Shown here: positions 37,116 through 47,697 of the stretch, in pieces
How the letters are laid out: each line of letters opens with the position of its first letter
How positions within the stretch are numbered: the first letter of the stretch is position 1
DNA from: a virus
Lineage: Duplodnaviria > Caudoviricetes
Virus record (IMG/VR): IMGVR_UViG_3300037484_001941
Location: 3,171 to 67,170 of that record
Reading direction: 5' to 3' (one strand)
Length of the DNA stretch: 64,000 nt
The notes under the pieces: model-generated
Told to the model about the DNA's origin: nothing
Seen by the model: only the letters and a program-made list of their open reading frames with translations
The model's database searches: none
Position numbers and translations under genes: made by a program

Positions 37116-40100
37116 ATGGCTATAGCTAAATTTACAGGGGGTCCCCCAGGGCCAAAGGGAGATACAGGACCAACAGCTGATCGCGATATTAATTCTATGA
37201 TTATGCTGTCTTGGATTGCTCAGCCCATAGCCAAGGGACTAGATCTTTATACAAATAATTTCTCAACAAATAAAGGTGTGGATTCTAGCTCTACTGCTAT
37301 CTATAATTCCGCCGGTTTCTATGAGCCCCCGCAAGCAAGAGATGATTACTTGTTTAATTATGATTTTGACTCAACTGACAAGGTCGTGAGAGTAGACAAT
37401 AAGGGAAGTATTGCTTGGTGGTATCAAGACAACGGAGACTACGGGCATTTTGAGGGGGTTACTCTTACCGTAACCTCAGGTGGTGTTGCTGTTGATAAAG
37501 GTGGTGGTAAAGTTGGATTACCGTGTGTAGGCCAGTCCTTGGCAACTGGTAATTCTATTGAGGTTAGAGGTACCACATATTATAACGGAACAAACACTGT
37601 AGATGCTACTTCTTCTGCCGACGAGGTCGTAATCACAAGTGCTTATAACGCGGAAACTTTTGGTAATACTGCTACGATTCATCAGAGAATTGGGGTAGGT
37701 GCGGGTTTAGATAACACAGTTGTCCAACCATCTATGTCAGTTGAATTCTACGACGGTAACCCGCTCAGTATCCTCGTAGCATCCGGATCAGTATACCAGT
37801 CAGCTAGACTTGCTTCAGCTAAGCCCTCCGCGCGTGTTTCTGGAATCTACGAGGTGAGCTGCAACGGGACTTCAGTCTACCCCTCTTACGCTTATTCTAC
37901 TGCAGCTAGCGGGTGGCGGCAGGTTTTTAATGAGGTGCCGAATACCCGTGGCTGGACCTCGATGGTGTATGATCCTGTTAGCAAAGATCTTTGGGCATTC
38001 GGGGGCTACAAAAACGACACTGCCGCAAGAACGAATGAGATGTGGAGATACTCTACAGCTTCGGGACAGTGGTTTTACGTTATTACAAATGCCCCTCCTG
38101 CCGCCAGAGAGGGACACACAATGGTGTATGATCCTGTTAATGCACAGTTTCTACTGTTTGGTGGGTACACGGGATCAGCTTATCTTCAGGATCTTTACAA
38201 ATTTAATCCTCTCAATAGCCAGTGGACTTCTTTGTCTCCTACAGGAGGCCCACCAGGTCTACGGAACGCCCATGCCGCGGGTTATTCTTCTGTGAGTGGG
38301 ACGATGTTAATTTATGGTGGCTATAATGGCTCCGCTAGATTAAACGACGTATGGGAATATAATATAGGGACTAATGTGTGGAAGCAAATTGTACCTACTC
38401 TTAATGGTATGACTGGCCGCTCGGATACGCAGTATTGTTATCAGACTGTAAGTGGGGCTCTAGTCATACATGGAGGGTGGATAGCAGCTGAAACTGGTGA
38501 GACCTGGAAGTTTGATTACTATAAAAACGAGTTTCGTAAACTAACGAGTTCTCCGTATACAGCGAGGGCGGGCGCGGCTTTTTACGACGAAACTTCTGAT
38601 AAAATGTATCATATTGGTGGTTATTATAATAATCTTATGAACACTCAGGTTCCCGTGATATATAGCTATGACTTCAAAAGTGCATGGGGACAAGTAATAC
38701 CTAATCCTAATAATGGGCCTACACTGATGTACTACTTTGCTTATGCTTACGATACGGATAAAAGAGAATTTTATACTTACGCAGGGCATAACAGTGCTAA
38801 TTACCACGCTACCACTGCCTTATGGAAGTATAATGTTCCTGCTAATACTTGGGATACTATACACCCGCAGGCATTGGCGCGTCTCGGGGGTGCTTATGCC
38901 ACTAAGACGAACAAATTTTATATAGGGTTTGGAACCCCTCTAATCGCGAGTAGTTATTATGGGGGGCAGGAACTCTGGGAGTATGATTGTAGTAATGGAG
39001 TATGGACACGGATAAGTAATTATTATCTTGTAAATAACAGGGATGGCGGAGTTATGTACCTTCCTATAGCTTATTCACCAAACCTACACTGCTTATTTGC
39101 GTTTGGTGGACAGACTACCTTAGGAGCGTCAGCAAACTTGAATATATTACGCATGTTTGATTTAAATGCGAGCTACACAGCTAATAATCATAATTGGCAA
39201 ACACTTTACCCCTCTGGCCAGTGGCCGACGGCAAAGGCTGAACAGCTACAAGCCTACGATACCGATAACGATGTATTGTACCTGTTAGGGGGGTCTGGCT
39301 CTAACGCAGAGTTTTGGAAGTATGATGCTGTAACAAACTCGTTTGTGCGACTTCAGATACCGGGGCTTGCCCTGACAGTTAGATGGGCAACCTCTATGGT
39401 GTATGATAACATAAATAAATGCTTGTGGGCCTGGTGTGGCTACACCGGTACGGCTTATGTAAATGAGCTGTGGAGATTTGATATTGCTACGCAGTTGTGG
39501 ACGCAGATAGCATATGGTGGGGCTGTTCCCCCTATTCGTGGTAACACGTGTGTCGTCTTTGATGAAGTAACTCAATCTCTCTATTTATTTAGTGGAACAG
39601 CAAACGGTACTGCCCCTATCACTCCTGTAGACTTCTTTAAGTATGATGTCAGGACTAATACAGTGTATAAGATTACTGATACCTGGTCTCCTAATGCTAG
39701 ATTCAATTACGCTGCTGGGTTCAATAGTAGAACGGGAGAGATGTATGTATACGGAGGGGTGACTTCTGCCTTAAAGAGTACTACAGATTGTATTGCTTAC
39801 AAGGTATGGGACCGTACAACTACTTCTGGTGTTGTAGCAACCATGACTAGTGGAACCGGATTTCCCGCGGCTTGTAATTCGATTGGACACATCGTGGTTG
39901 ATGACAGCCTAGTAGGAAGTTCAGATATATACCACGCTTTAAGCTTTGACAGTACATCTAGCTTTAAAATGCTAAGTGTTGGTCCAGAGATTGCTCTGAA
40001 TGATCGGTCGTCTGTTGTAGACAAAGGTTCTGGTTTAGTTGGTTTTCCTTGTAATTCACATCCTTTTTCTCCTGGTGACTTTCTAAGGGCGTATAACACG

Positions 40101-40829
40101 GATCATTACAATACTAACTATTCTGTAGACCCCGCTACATCTACAAACGAAATTGTAGTTAGCGGAACATATATAGCAGAAACTTTTACTAGCTCAGCAA
40201 AGGTTAGAAAAGTGATAGGCTGGAAATCTATTGTTCAGCAGAGTGGCGGTAGCTGGCAATACCTTACTGATGCTTCTGTATGGCAAAATGCTTCGAGTAA
40301 TGATGTTAAGGCGGCTTTACAACAAGCTTTTACTGTGAGTGGAAATAGAATGAATGGTGCCGCCCTGGAGAGTATATACCCCGCAGAGTACACTATGGCT
40401 AGCGGGTATACTTCTGGGGACTCCCTGGATTTTGGCGTAGGTTTTTATTCTCCATCGAGCCCTCTTCCAGAGTTAAGTAGATATGAGGTTATTTATTCCG
40501 CCGGGTCCAATAATTTAACACTTTTCACCGAGGCTTGGAGTGCATCACAAAATGACCCCACAGCTACAAAGTGTTTAATCAAGACAACTTATACGGGAAG
40601 TATTACGTTGGATATGGATCTGACTGTGTGGGTAAGTATTGATGGCGGGGTTAATTATGAGCAGATTTCTGGTTTATCCCTGCTTAGGAGCGATGGTAAC
40701 GAGCACTATATTGCTGGCTCTAAGATTAATATAACTCCCCGTGGTTCTAACCAAGTAAAATTGAAGATTACCACACATAACTCGAAAGAAATCAGGATCA
40801 ATTCTGTTGGTATGGCTGTGGGGTATTAA
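37116..40829 (+). CDS. Kelch-repeat (beta-propeller) virion protein, 1237 aa
   Basis: Many xxYD...FGG...W.Y repeats flanked by a duplicated VDKG.G.VG.PC domain. Confidence 0.85.
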   Translation: MAIAKFTGGPPGPKGDTGPTADRDINSMIMLSWIAQPIAKGLDLYTNNFSTNKGVDSSSTAIYNSAGFYEPPQARDDYLFNYDFDSTDKVVRVDNKGSIAWWYQDNGDYGHFEGVTLTVTSGGVAVDKGGGKVGLPCVGQSLATGNSIEVRGTTYYNGTNTVDATSSADEVVITSAYNAETFGNTATIHQRIGVGAGLDNTVVQPSMSVEFYDGNPLSILVASGSVYQSARLASAKPSARVSGIYEVSCNGTSVYPSYAYSTAASGWRQVFNEVPNTRGWTSMVYDPVSKDLWAFGGYKNDTAARTNEMWRYSTASGQWFYVITNAPPAAREGHTMVYDPVNAQFLLFGGYTGSAYLQDLYKFNPLNSQWTSLSPTGGPPGLRNAHAAGYSSVSGTMLIYGGYNGSARLNDVWEYNIGTNVWKQIVPTLNGMTGRSDTQYCYQTVSGALVIHGGWIAAETGETWKFDYYKNEFRKLTSSPYTARAGAAFYDETSDKMYHIGGYYNNLMNTQVPVIYSYDFKSAWGQVIPNPNNGPTLMYYFAYAYDTDKREFYTYAGHNSANYHATTALWKYNVPANTWDTIHPQALARLGGAYATKTNKFYIGFGTPLIASSYYGGQELWEYDCSNGVWTRISNYYLVNNRDGGVMYLPIAYSPNLHCLFAFGGQTTLGASANLNILRMFDLNASYTANNHNWQTLYPSGQWPTAKAEQLQAYDTDNDVLYLLGGSGSNAEFWKYDAVTNSFVRLQIPGLALTVRWATSMVYDNINKCLWAWCGYTGTAYVNELWRFDIATQLWTQIAYGGAVPPIRGNTCVVFDEVTQSLYLFSGTANGTAPITPVDFFKYDVRTNTVYKITDTWSPNARFNYAAGFNSRTGEMYVYGGVTSALKSTTDCIAYKVWDRTTTSGVVATMTSGTGFPAACNSIGHIVVDDSLVGSSDIYHALSFDSTSSFKMLSVGPEIALNDRSSVVDKGSGLVGFPCNSHPFSPGDFLRAYNTDHYNTNYSVDPATSTNEIVVSGTYIAETFTSSAKVRKVIGWKSIVQQSGGSWQYLTDASVWQNASSNDVKAALQQAFTVSGNRMNGAALESIYPAEYTMASGYTSGDSLDFGVGFYSPSSPLPELSRYEVIYSAGSNNLTLFTEAWSASQNDPTATKCLIKTTYTGSITLDMDLTVWVSIDGGVNYEQISGLSLLRSDGNEHYIAGSKINITPRGSNQVKLKITTHNSKEIRINSVGMAVGY

Positions 40830-43360
40830 TGGCTATACTACAAGATGTTGCAATAGGTGGAGTAAAAGGCAGTATAGGAGATATGGGTTCGGCTAGTTCC
40901 GGGACAGTATTTTCTATTGCTATGTCCACTTGGACGCTCAATATTGATAAACTCCAATTTGATGATATTTGCTGCAATAATTTTATAGCCGGATCTGGTA
41001 TAGATCCTGCTTCAACGGTTTATTATCATCCCGCGGGCTTCGTTACCAGTCCATCCACGGGGTCTGGTATCTCATATCAGACCAGTGTGGATAATCCTTT
41101 TACCACTACAACTTTAGTAGATGAGTTTAGTTTTCCTAATGTGTCCGGTTCATTGAGGCCTCCCGGCCTGGAGAATGCGGCTGCAGCCTACTCTAGTCAA
41201 GACAACGCTATGTATATTTTTGGTGGCTATGACGAAAACCAACTCTGTTCTGATCTATGGAAGTTTGAGTGTGACTCCTGTCAGTGGACAAAACTTTCTC
41301 CACCCGCCAGCCCCGCAGCAAGGCATTCTCACTCCATGGTTTATAATTCAATTAGTGGCAGTCTCGTTGTGTTCGGAGGAACTGTTGCATCTGGCTCCGA
41401 GGGAGATTTGTGGTCCTACTCTATAGCTGATAATGTATGGATGCAAATACCCAGAACAGGAGATGGCCCCTATGACAGGACGGAGCATACATCCGCTTAT
41501 GATTCAAGTGCTAATCAAGTATTTGTATTTAGAGGTAGGGGCGACTCTGGATCATTTTTTAGTGAATTGTTTAGGTATAATTTTTTTGATAACACTTGGA
41601 GGCGTGCAGACTCTTCAACTGGTTCACACTGCAGAACCAGTTTAATTTATGATGCTGAAGAGAACGAGTTATTAGTTATTGCTGGATACAACTCCACTAG
41701 AAACATTGTCTCTACTATTTACAGTTATGGTATATACACTTATGCTTGGGCTCAGCAAACATCAGCATGGCCTTATTCACGTTACAACCATTCAACTGTT
41801 TTTGATCCATTTTCTCGTAATCTCCTAGTCTTCGGTGGTTATACTGATGGAGATCAGGCGATCTATGGCGTGTCTGTCTATAATATAGATACAGGAGCTA
41901 CTGCCGATACCCCTACCAACTACCCAGACCTCTGTAGAGTGGGGCATTGTGCTATATTTAGTACTAAGGATAGCTCAATGTATGTATATGGTGGCCGTGC
42001 AGACGCGCGTAGCCTCATCTCTTCTCAGATGATCAAGTACACTCATTTACAGACAACTTACGCTGAAGGTATCAATGTTCGTTATTCCGAACGGTTTTTA
42101 ACCAAGACTTGGGCACATCTAGACTCAATCAAAATGGATTCTGTTAGTAAGGCAGAATCTCGTGTGTATAACGCTGTTAGTTTCGACAATGGCAATGTGT
42201 GGAAAATATATCATCCTGTAGATAAGTGGGTTGCTATTGTACAAAACTCGGGGAGCACCTGGCAATACCGTAATGACGGAGGCGGCTGGACCAATTCCCC
42301 TATTAACACGCTAGATAACGCTTTGGAGAAAGCCTTCTCTATTAGCATAAATCAGTGGGCAAGAGACATAGTTAGTGAGTGGAACGAGAAAGACCAAAGT
42401 AGTATCCCTCTATTGAATACTAACAACTATTCTTTGGGGGCTTATGTAGCGTCTGCTTCGTCTCAATATAATGCTGATTGTAATGCTTACCGTGCGTTTC
42501 AGGGGTATGTTAATCTGGGAGCAGATGCTTCTTATTGGATGGCTACCCCTATAAATGGACAGTGGCTTCAGATAGACCTGGGAGATAAACCTATATGGCC
42601 TAGGGAATGGAGAATTAGAGCTCCATGGTATAGTGTAGGAACGGGCGCGCGGTGCCCTAAGCGATTCAAGATAACAGCGTCTAATGATCTGGTGCAGTGG
42701 GATGATATAGTTACTACCTTTTCTGGGGCAGACATGCCTAATCCTACAGGAGATAAATTTACGGCTTGGTATCCTACCACTGCTACTGGTATATATCGTT
42801 ACATCAGACTAACTACTTACAGTGCTCAGATTGATGTAACCTATGTTGGTATTAAAAAATTAGATTTCAAATCGTCATGGGATATAAACTCCTTAGCAAG
42901 AGAGCATTGGGAGTCTACCGGCGGTTTTGTTTCAGGAGCTACCTCCTCTGTTCAGATAGCATTAGGGTTTTTCACAAAAGGCAGTATTCCGACGGTCAAT
43001 AGCGTTACACCAACCTATGTGACGGTGGTACAGCCCAACACAGAGCTGATTACAGACTCTTGGTTAGCCTCAGCTAATAATCCGTCAAAGGCCCAATGCG
43101 TAATAAAATGTAAGCTGGTTGATTCGATTATTTTGAACACAGATCTTACAGTATACGTCAGTATGGACGATGGGGTCAATTACGAACAAGTTACTGACTT
43201 ACAGATAGTTTCTACGGTTAACGGATTTACATATATTATGGGAAGTAAGCCTGGGCTAGAAGCTAGAGATTCTAACATTATGAGAGTTAAGATCGTAATA
43301 TCAAATTTCAAAATGGTACAAATTTATGGAACATGTTTAGGAGTAGACTACCAGTATTAA
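40829..43360 (+). CDS. Kelch-repeat virion protein with F5/8 (discoidin)-like insert, 843 aa
   Basis: Kelch repeats, then ASASSQY...AYRAF...QWLQIDLG discoidin pattern; C-terminus similar to the previous gene. Confidence 0.85.
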   Translation: MAILQDVAIGGVKGSIGDMGSASSGTVFSIAMSTWTLNIDKLQFDDICCNNFIAGSGIDPASTVYYHPAGFVTSPSTGSGISYQTSVDNPFTTTTLVDEFSFPNVSGSLRPPGLENAAAAYSSQDNAMYIFGGYDENQLCSDLWKFECDSCQWTKLSPPASPAARHSHSMVYNSISGSLVVFGGTVASGSEGDLWSYSIADNVWMQIPRTGDGPYDRTEHTSAYDSSANQVFVFRGRGDSGSFFSELFRYNFFDNTWRRADSSTGSHCRTSLIYDAEENELLVIAGYNSTRNIVSTIYSYGIYTYAWAQQTSAWPYSRYNHSTVFDPFSRNLLVFGGYTDGDQAIYGVSVYNIDTGATADTPTNYPDLCRVGHCAIFSTKDSSMYVYGGRADARSLISSQMIKYTHLQTTYAEGINVRYSERFLTKTWAHLDSIKMDSVSKAESRVYNAVSFDNGNVWKIYHPVDKWVAIVQNSGSTWQYRNDGGGWTNSPINTLDNALEKAFSISINQWARDIVSEWNEKDQSSIPLLNTNNYSLGAYVASASSQYNADCNAYRAFQGYVNLGADASYWMATPINGQWLQIDLGDKPIWPREWRIRAPWYSVGTGARCPKRFKITASNDLVQWDDIVTTFSGADMPNPTGDKFTAWYPTTATGIYRYIRLTTYSAQIDVTYVGIKKLDFKSSWDINSLAREHWESTGGFVSGATSSVQIALGFFTKGSIPTVNSVTPTYVTVVQPNTELITDSWLASANNPSKAQCVIKCKLVDSIILNTDLTVYVSMDDGVNYEQVTDLQIVSTVNGFTYIMGSKPGLEARDSNIMRVKIVISNFKMVQIYGTCLGVDYQY

Positions 43361-43417
43361 CCTAATTCTCTCCATCTTATCCAAATAAAGTACCAATACC
43401 CACCTAGAATCATTACC

Positions 43418-43429
43418 TATTAACTAACC
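43418..43429 (+). promoter_or_regulatory. copy of the conserved intergenic 12-mer (TATTAACTAACC)
   Basis: Upstream of the scaffold-capsid operon. Confidence 0.6.
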
Positions 43430-43550
43430 TCTTGATCTAATGTAGACAATCTATTCACTTTAGAAAAGGTGGAAAAGGCAAAGGTTTGTGGGGGCGAAGT
43501 TTGGTTATACCTGAGAAATCAGGGATACTCTTTTTGGAGGGTAAGAAAGT

Positions 43551-44387
43551 ATGAAGACCGACGAGCGAAAGAAAATTAAGTCCGATGCGAAAAGCAAGGC
43601 GTCTGAAGTGCTCGCTCAAAAAGACGAGGCCGCAATGTTGGCTAAGACTGAGGAACTGTTTAACGACGTTCTGATAGAATTGGCCGAAGCAAAAGCCGAG
43701 AAGGACAAGTCAGTAGAGGACAATAGCAAGCTGGCTGAGGATCTTGAGAACCTTAAGTCCGAAAAAGATGAGCTAGTTACACAGAAAACCGAGCTGGAAG
43801 CAAAGGCTGAGGAGCTTCAGCAGAAACTCGACAAGGCCGAAGAGAAGATTACTGATCTGGAAGCTAAGTTTGAGTCCATGAAACAGGAGGCTGCTTTGCA
43901 GGCCCGTGTTGCGGAGCTCGAAGAGGCTGGTCTCTTGTCTGCTGGTAAGGCTGCTGATAAGCAGAAAACCAGAGTCAAAGCAATGGATGATGAGGCATTT
44001 GCTGAGTATAAATCCGAACTCCTAGAACTCAAGGAAACTTGGGCGACAAAGGACGAGGAAGCGAAATCCAAAGATAAGCCTAAAGAGGAGAAGAAAGAAA
44101 CCCCTAAGGGTAAAGCTGCTCCTAAGAAGGAAGAAGAAGAGGAAGACGCTGACGAGGACGAAGACCTCACAGCAGCCGCTGCTCTTGCTGAACTTGCCGA
44201 GCTCGAAGATATTGACGAGACAAAAATCAGTGCCGCACAGCTTCTTAAATTTAAGAGAGCTGCAGCAGCTCTTAATGTAGCATCCTTAGCCGTAGCTGGG
44301 TTCGAAGGAGACGACGAACTCATTGGCGTGGACAAGGGCCTACTGAAAGAGTATGACGACATGTGGGCTGAAGATGGAGGTAAGTAA
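43551..44387 (+). CDS. putative capsid scaffolding protein
   Basis: E/K/A-rich coiled coil two genes upstream of the major capsid gene. Confidence 0.75.
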   Translation: MKTDERKKIKSDAKSKASEVLAQKDEAAMLAKTEELFNDVLIELAEAKAEKDKSVEDNSKLAEDLENLKSEKDELVTQKTELEAKAEELQQKLDKAEEKITDLEAKFESMKQEAALQARVAELEEAGLLSAGKAADKQKTRVKAMDDEAFAEYKSELLELKETWATKDEEAKSKDKPKEEKKETPKGKAAPKKEEEEEDADEDEDLTAAAALAELAELEDIDETKISAAQLLKFKRAAAALNVASLAVAGFEGDDELIGVDKGLLKEYDDMWAEDGGK

Positions 44388-44389
44388 GC

Positions 44390-44920
44390 ATGTTTATTGC
44401 TAGAGAACCAGTTTTGGAGAATTCCTTCTGCAAGCATGATCCAACGCAGAATACTCCAATGAACGCTAGTACTCCTATTGTTAGCCCACAGGGCGCAGTT
44501 TGCACAATTGTGGGCTGCGACGGTGAGACTGCAGTAGTAAAAAAGATGGAATCTTGTGATGAAGTTCCTTTCGGATTCCTTATGCAAGAAATTCGAACTG
44601 ATTACAATCACGAGTATATTCCATGGGGTGGCATGCACCCACGTGATCTTGGTACGCAAAGATGCTTTGTAGGTGACCCAATTGGTGTTGCCCATCACGG
44701 CATATATTCTACCAACGTTTATGACACTGATGTGCAGATTAATGCAGGAGATTTCTTGTACGCTTCTGCTAGCGGCACGCTAGTCAAGTCTACTGGTTGG
44801 GGATACTGTTCAGTGTCCGGTACTTGGAACAATTTGAATCCAATCGCCGTCGCGATGAACACCTTGACTACGGCAAGACTAGAAAACGGCCGTTATCTTC
44901 ACATTAAGCTGTTGATATAA
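44390..44920 (+). CDS. putative head decoration/cement protein
   Basis: Beta-rich 176 aa between scaffold and capsid genes. Confidence 0.6.
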   Translation: MFIAREPVLENSFCKHDPTQNTPMNASTPIVSPQGAVCTIVGCDGETAVVKKMESCDEVPFGFLMQEIRTDYNHEYIPWGGMHPRDLGTQRCFVGDPIGVAHHGIYSTNVYDTDVQINAGDFLYASASGTLVKSTGWGYCSVSGTWNNLNPIAVAMNTLTTARLENGRYLHIKLLI

Positions 44921-44946
44921 TTCGGCGGTTAGGAGGTTCGATATAA

Positions 44947-46029
44947 ATGAACAAGACTAAGAAAATGAAATTGTTCCAGGCGACAGCCGCGTTGCATACC
45001 AGTGCAGGCCAGCAGGCCTACCGTGCTTTCGCTGCCTCTTCAACCAAGCCGATTCTTCAGAAACTTGAAGAACAGTCTTATATGAGACAGCTTTTTACGG
45101 TTGAGAGGCTTGGGCCTGGACAGCAACCAACTTATCCGTTGCCTGACGAGTTCGAAAGCCCTGTCTGGATTCTTCCAGGTATGGGTTATGTAGCACAAGA
45201 CTACATCGAATTGCTCGCTGAAGAAGTCAGCATCCGTACGTTCACCGTACAGGCTGCTAAAGATTGGCTTCTGAAGTATGCACGTGAGGGACGTGTTGAT
45301 GTTGCCGTAAGAGCGCAGCAAGCCGTTGCAAAAGCCCTGGCAGATTATGAAGAAGAAGCAGGATGGAGAACCATAATCCCTGCCGCCACGAGTACTTTCG
45401 ATGGCGCAGGTGTATTGCCTCCACGACCAGCTCCTATCTATGAAATGCCAGCTGGTGACCCCGCCGCCGGTTACTTCTCGAAAGAGTTGATTAACCGTAT
45501 GATCGTGGGTATGAAGAGACTCGGACGAAAGATCAACGAAATCTGGTTATCCCCAGAAGACTTGGCGGACATCCGAGAGTGGACTGATGTGGACGTTGAT
45601 CCCGCTACCCGTAACAGAATTTTCCAGGCCGCAGGGCTTGGTGATATCTGGGGCATCCAACTTCGAGAAATCGAGGCTCTGGGTGTGCGCGGTCAGTTCA
45701 ACATCAACGACAAAGACTCCGAGTTCGGACCATTCAAGGGTAATCAGGCTCAAAACAAGTACAACGACTATGCAATTACGCATGGTAACCTTGTTGACTC
45801 CAACGGTAACCTGACCGTGGCCGGTGAGACTCAGATCTACGGTTTCGACCGCAGTGACATCTCTCTGGTTATGCCTATAAAGCAGGAGTATGTTGCTCAC
45901 GAAGATATGACCCTCCTAAGAAAGCAGAAAGCTGGTTTCTTCGGATGGCAGGAATTTGGTATGGCTTGCCTAGACGCCAGATTCATTTGCGTGGGTATCA
46001 TTGACAGATACACTCCGAGTGGCTCATAA
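44947..46029 (+). CDS. major capsid protein (HK97-fold inferred)
   Basis: 360 aa, AGGAGGT SD, follows scaffold and decoration genes, strong codon bias, GFFGWQEFGMAC C-terminal strand pattern. Confidence 0.8.
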   Translation: MNKTKKMKLFQATAALHTSAGQQAYRAFAASSTKPILQKLEEQSYMRQLFTVERLGPGQQPTYPLPDEFESPVWILPGMGYVAQDYIELLAEEVSIRTFTVQAAKDWLLKYAREGRVDVAVRAQQAVAKALADYEEEAGWRTIIPAATSTFDGAGVLPPRPAPIYEMPAGDPAAGYFSKELINRMIVGMKRLGRKINEIWLSPEDLADIREWTDVDVDPATRNRIFQAAGLGDIWGIQLREIEALGVRGQFNINDKDSEFGPFKGNQAQNKYNDYAITHGNLVDSNGNLTVAGETQIYGFDRSDISLVMPIKQEYVAHEDMTLLRKQKAGFFGWQEFGMACLDARFICVGIIDRYTPSGS

Positions 46030-46047
46030 TAAAGGAGGTAACTGACA

Positions 46048-46260
46048 ATGGCAGTATTCGTATATCTAGATAGTAGTGGCCGCACTCGTCAGCTGAATGT
46101 TGACGGATGGCATGATGGCTACCATAAAAACCGCTTCGGTAGGTACGGGGCTTGGACTATGTTCAACCTGAACCCATATGACCTAAGCGTGGTCGTTACT
46201 GACGACAAACTTTACGCCGGAGATAGCCAGTATTTCAGCTGGCACATTCTTTGGGATTAA
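46048..46260 (+). CDS. small hypothetical protein
   Basis: AAGGAGGT SD; followed by a terminator. Confidence 0.65.
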   Translation: MAVFVYLDSSGRTRQLNVDGWHDGYHKNRFGRYGAWTMFNLNPYDLSVVVTDDKLYAGDSQYFSWHILWD

Positions 46261-46271
46261 TTAGCTGATTT

Positions 46272-46283
46272 AATTAGCTAACC
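46272..46283 (+). promoter_or_regulatory. copy of the conserved intergenic 12-mer (AATTAGCTAACC)
   Basis: Upstream of the lysis cassette; a partial copy (AATTAGCTGA) overlaps the preceding stop at 46259. Confidence 0.6.
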
Positions 46284-46292
46284 TGATATAAG

Positions 46293-46319
46293 GCAGGGTC
46301 GTAAGGCCCTGCTTTTTTT
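46293..46319 (+). terminator. intrinsic terminator after the capsid operon
   Basis: GCAGGGTC-GTAA-GGCCCTGC stem-loop followed by seven T. Confidence 0.85.
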
Positions 46320-46384
46320 ATGTACTTTAACTTCCCACCTTCCTCCTAATAGAGATATATTCCTAAGGCATGGAGGCCGCTAAA

Positions 46385-46801
46385 ATGAGTGACAAGAATT
46401 TTGAGGAACTGGAAAATGTTCCCCAGGCAAAGCCGATACAACAACGAGAGATAATGGAAGTTAAAGACGAATGGCCTTTTTGGCAGAGAGTCGTGGGCAA
46501 TATTGTCAACGCTCTTCCCACAGTCTTGTGGGCCGTCGTGACTGTTGCATTGTTAATTCTGTTTCAGGGCAATGCTGAGCTAGTCGGACTGAGCCAGGCT
46601 TACATGAACTTAGTTGTTCCTGCAACCGCCTATGGCATCCTTTCCCTGTCTGCAGGTCTAACTTTGATTTCTTGGTTTTTCCCCTACTTTTCATATAGAC
46701 GAATGATGAAGGATGGAACTCCTATAGAGAAAGCTGCCTGCATGGCTTTTTGGGGGCTTATAGCTATAGCCTTAGCCTTGGTGATAGCAAGCGTGGCATA
46801 A
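46385..46801 (+). CDS. holin-like membrane protein
   Basis: Three hydrophobic segments; first gene of the lysis cluster; ATG 46385 after GGAGG. Confidence 0.55.
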   Translation: MSDKNFEELENVPQAKPIQQREIMEVKDEWPFWQRVVGNIVNALPTVLWAVVTVALLILFQGNAELVGLSQAYMNLVVPATAYGILSLSAGLTLISWFFPYFSYRRMMKDGTPIEKAACMAFWGLIAIALALVIASVA

Positions 46802-46802
46802 T

Positions 46803-47402
46803 ATGAAAAAGGCACTGTTGGGCATACTGCTGGGGCTGTCCATATTTTTGGTAGCTCATGCTAGTCAGATCCCCAATGACCCTATTCCTAACCCAGCAAA
46901 GATTCAGTTTAAGACCTGTGAGGAGAGGATCCTGTATAGGTTAAATTTCTATTCAGACCTCTTAGTGAAGTACAGGATACCGTATGTGTGGGGAGGTTTC
47001 TGGGGGCTGTTCGGGGTGGATTGTAGCGGATACATGTACTGGATTTGCCACATGGCGGGACTCCCAGTTAAAAGGGTGAACTCCCTGCGTATGTGGTTAG
47101 ACCATGGGGCGTGGCCGGGGGAACGAGTTTTGGTTAAATTTGATGCCCATGACCGGGCACAGTTCCCTGATCTCTTGTTTTGGACTTATGACCCAAAGAG
47201 ACCCAAGGGACATACAGCTTTGGTGATAATAAACGCTGAGGACAAGAAGGGACATAGGACTATACTATTTCGAGAGGCGTCTTTTAGTCAGAAGATAGTT
47301 AAAGAGACAGAGATGAAGCAGGGGGATTACAGGTGGGTAAGATTAGAGGGAGTTTTGGTAATGGATTTGACCCCTGGGTTTAAGTGTGGTCTCGGAGGAT
47401 AA
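46803..47402 (+). CDS. NlpC/P60 peptidoglycan hydrolase (putative endolysin) with N-terminal signal
   Basis: PYVWGG...GVDCSGY catalytic Cys, GHTAL His, hydrophobic N-terminus. Confidence 0.8.
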   Translation: MKKALLGILLGLSIFLVAHASQIPNDPIPNPAKIQFKTCEERILYRLNFYSDLLVKYRIPYVWGGFWGLFGVDCSGYMYWICHMAGLPVKRVNSLRMWLDHGAWPGERVLVKFDAHDRAQFPDLLFWTYDPKRPKGHTALVIINAEDKKGHRTILFREASFSQKIVKETEMKQGDYRWVRLEGVLVMDLTPGFKCGLGG

Positions 47403-47403
47403 A

Positions 47404-47697
47404 ATGCTTTTCTTTCCAGGAGCTATAAGCTCATTCTTTGCTACAGTTTTGTTTTTCGTAGTCGTGGTTGGGGGAGGTCTTGCCACTGTTAAGATATATT
47501 ACCAGAAGGCTAAGATAACCTCTTTGGAAAAAAAGATTGTGCAGTACCAAGATGCTGTAGCTGCCATAGACGACAAGGAAAAGTATTTCAAAAAAAGTAT
47601 AGAGGTGCTGCAAAGGAGCTGTAATCGAACGGTTAAGCCAGCAGTGACCGGGGGGAAACTAAATGTGGAGAACTTATTTAACAATGAACCTAGGTAA
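47404..47697 (+). CDS. putative inner-membrane spanin
   Basis: N-terminal TM segment then coiled coil; overlaps a lipoprotein gene. Confidence 0.6.
   Translation: MLFFPGAISSFFATVLFFVVVVGGGLATVKIYYQKAKITSLEKKIVQYQDAVAAIDDKEKYFKKSIEVLQRSCNRTVKPAVTGGKLNVENLFNNEPR

Noticed and set aside
43817-44698. 293-aa minus-strand ORF, and similar ones at 52070-52702, 57576-57974 and 60190-60750
   Set aside because: Antisense shadows of biased sense genes, with S/L/F-rich composition and no motifs or SD.
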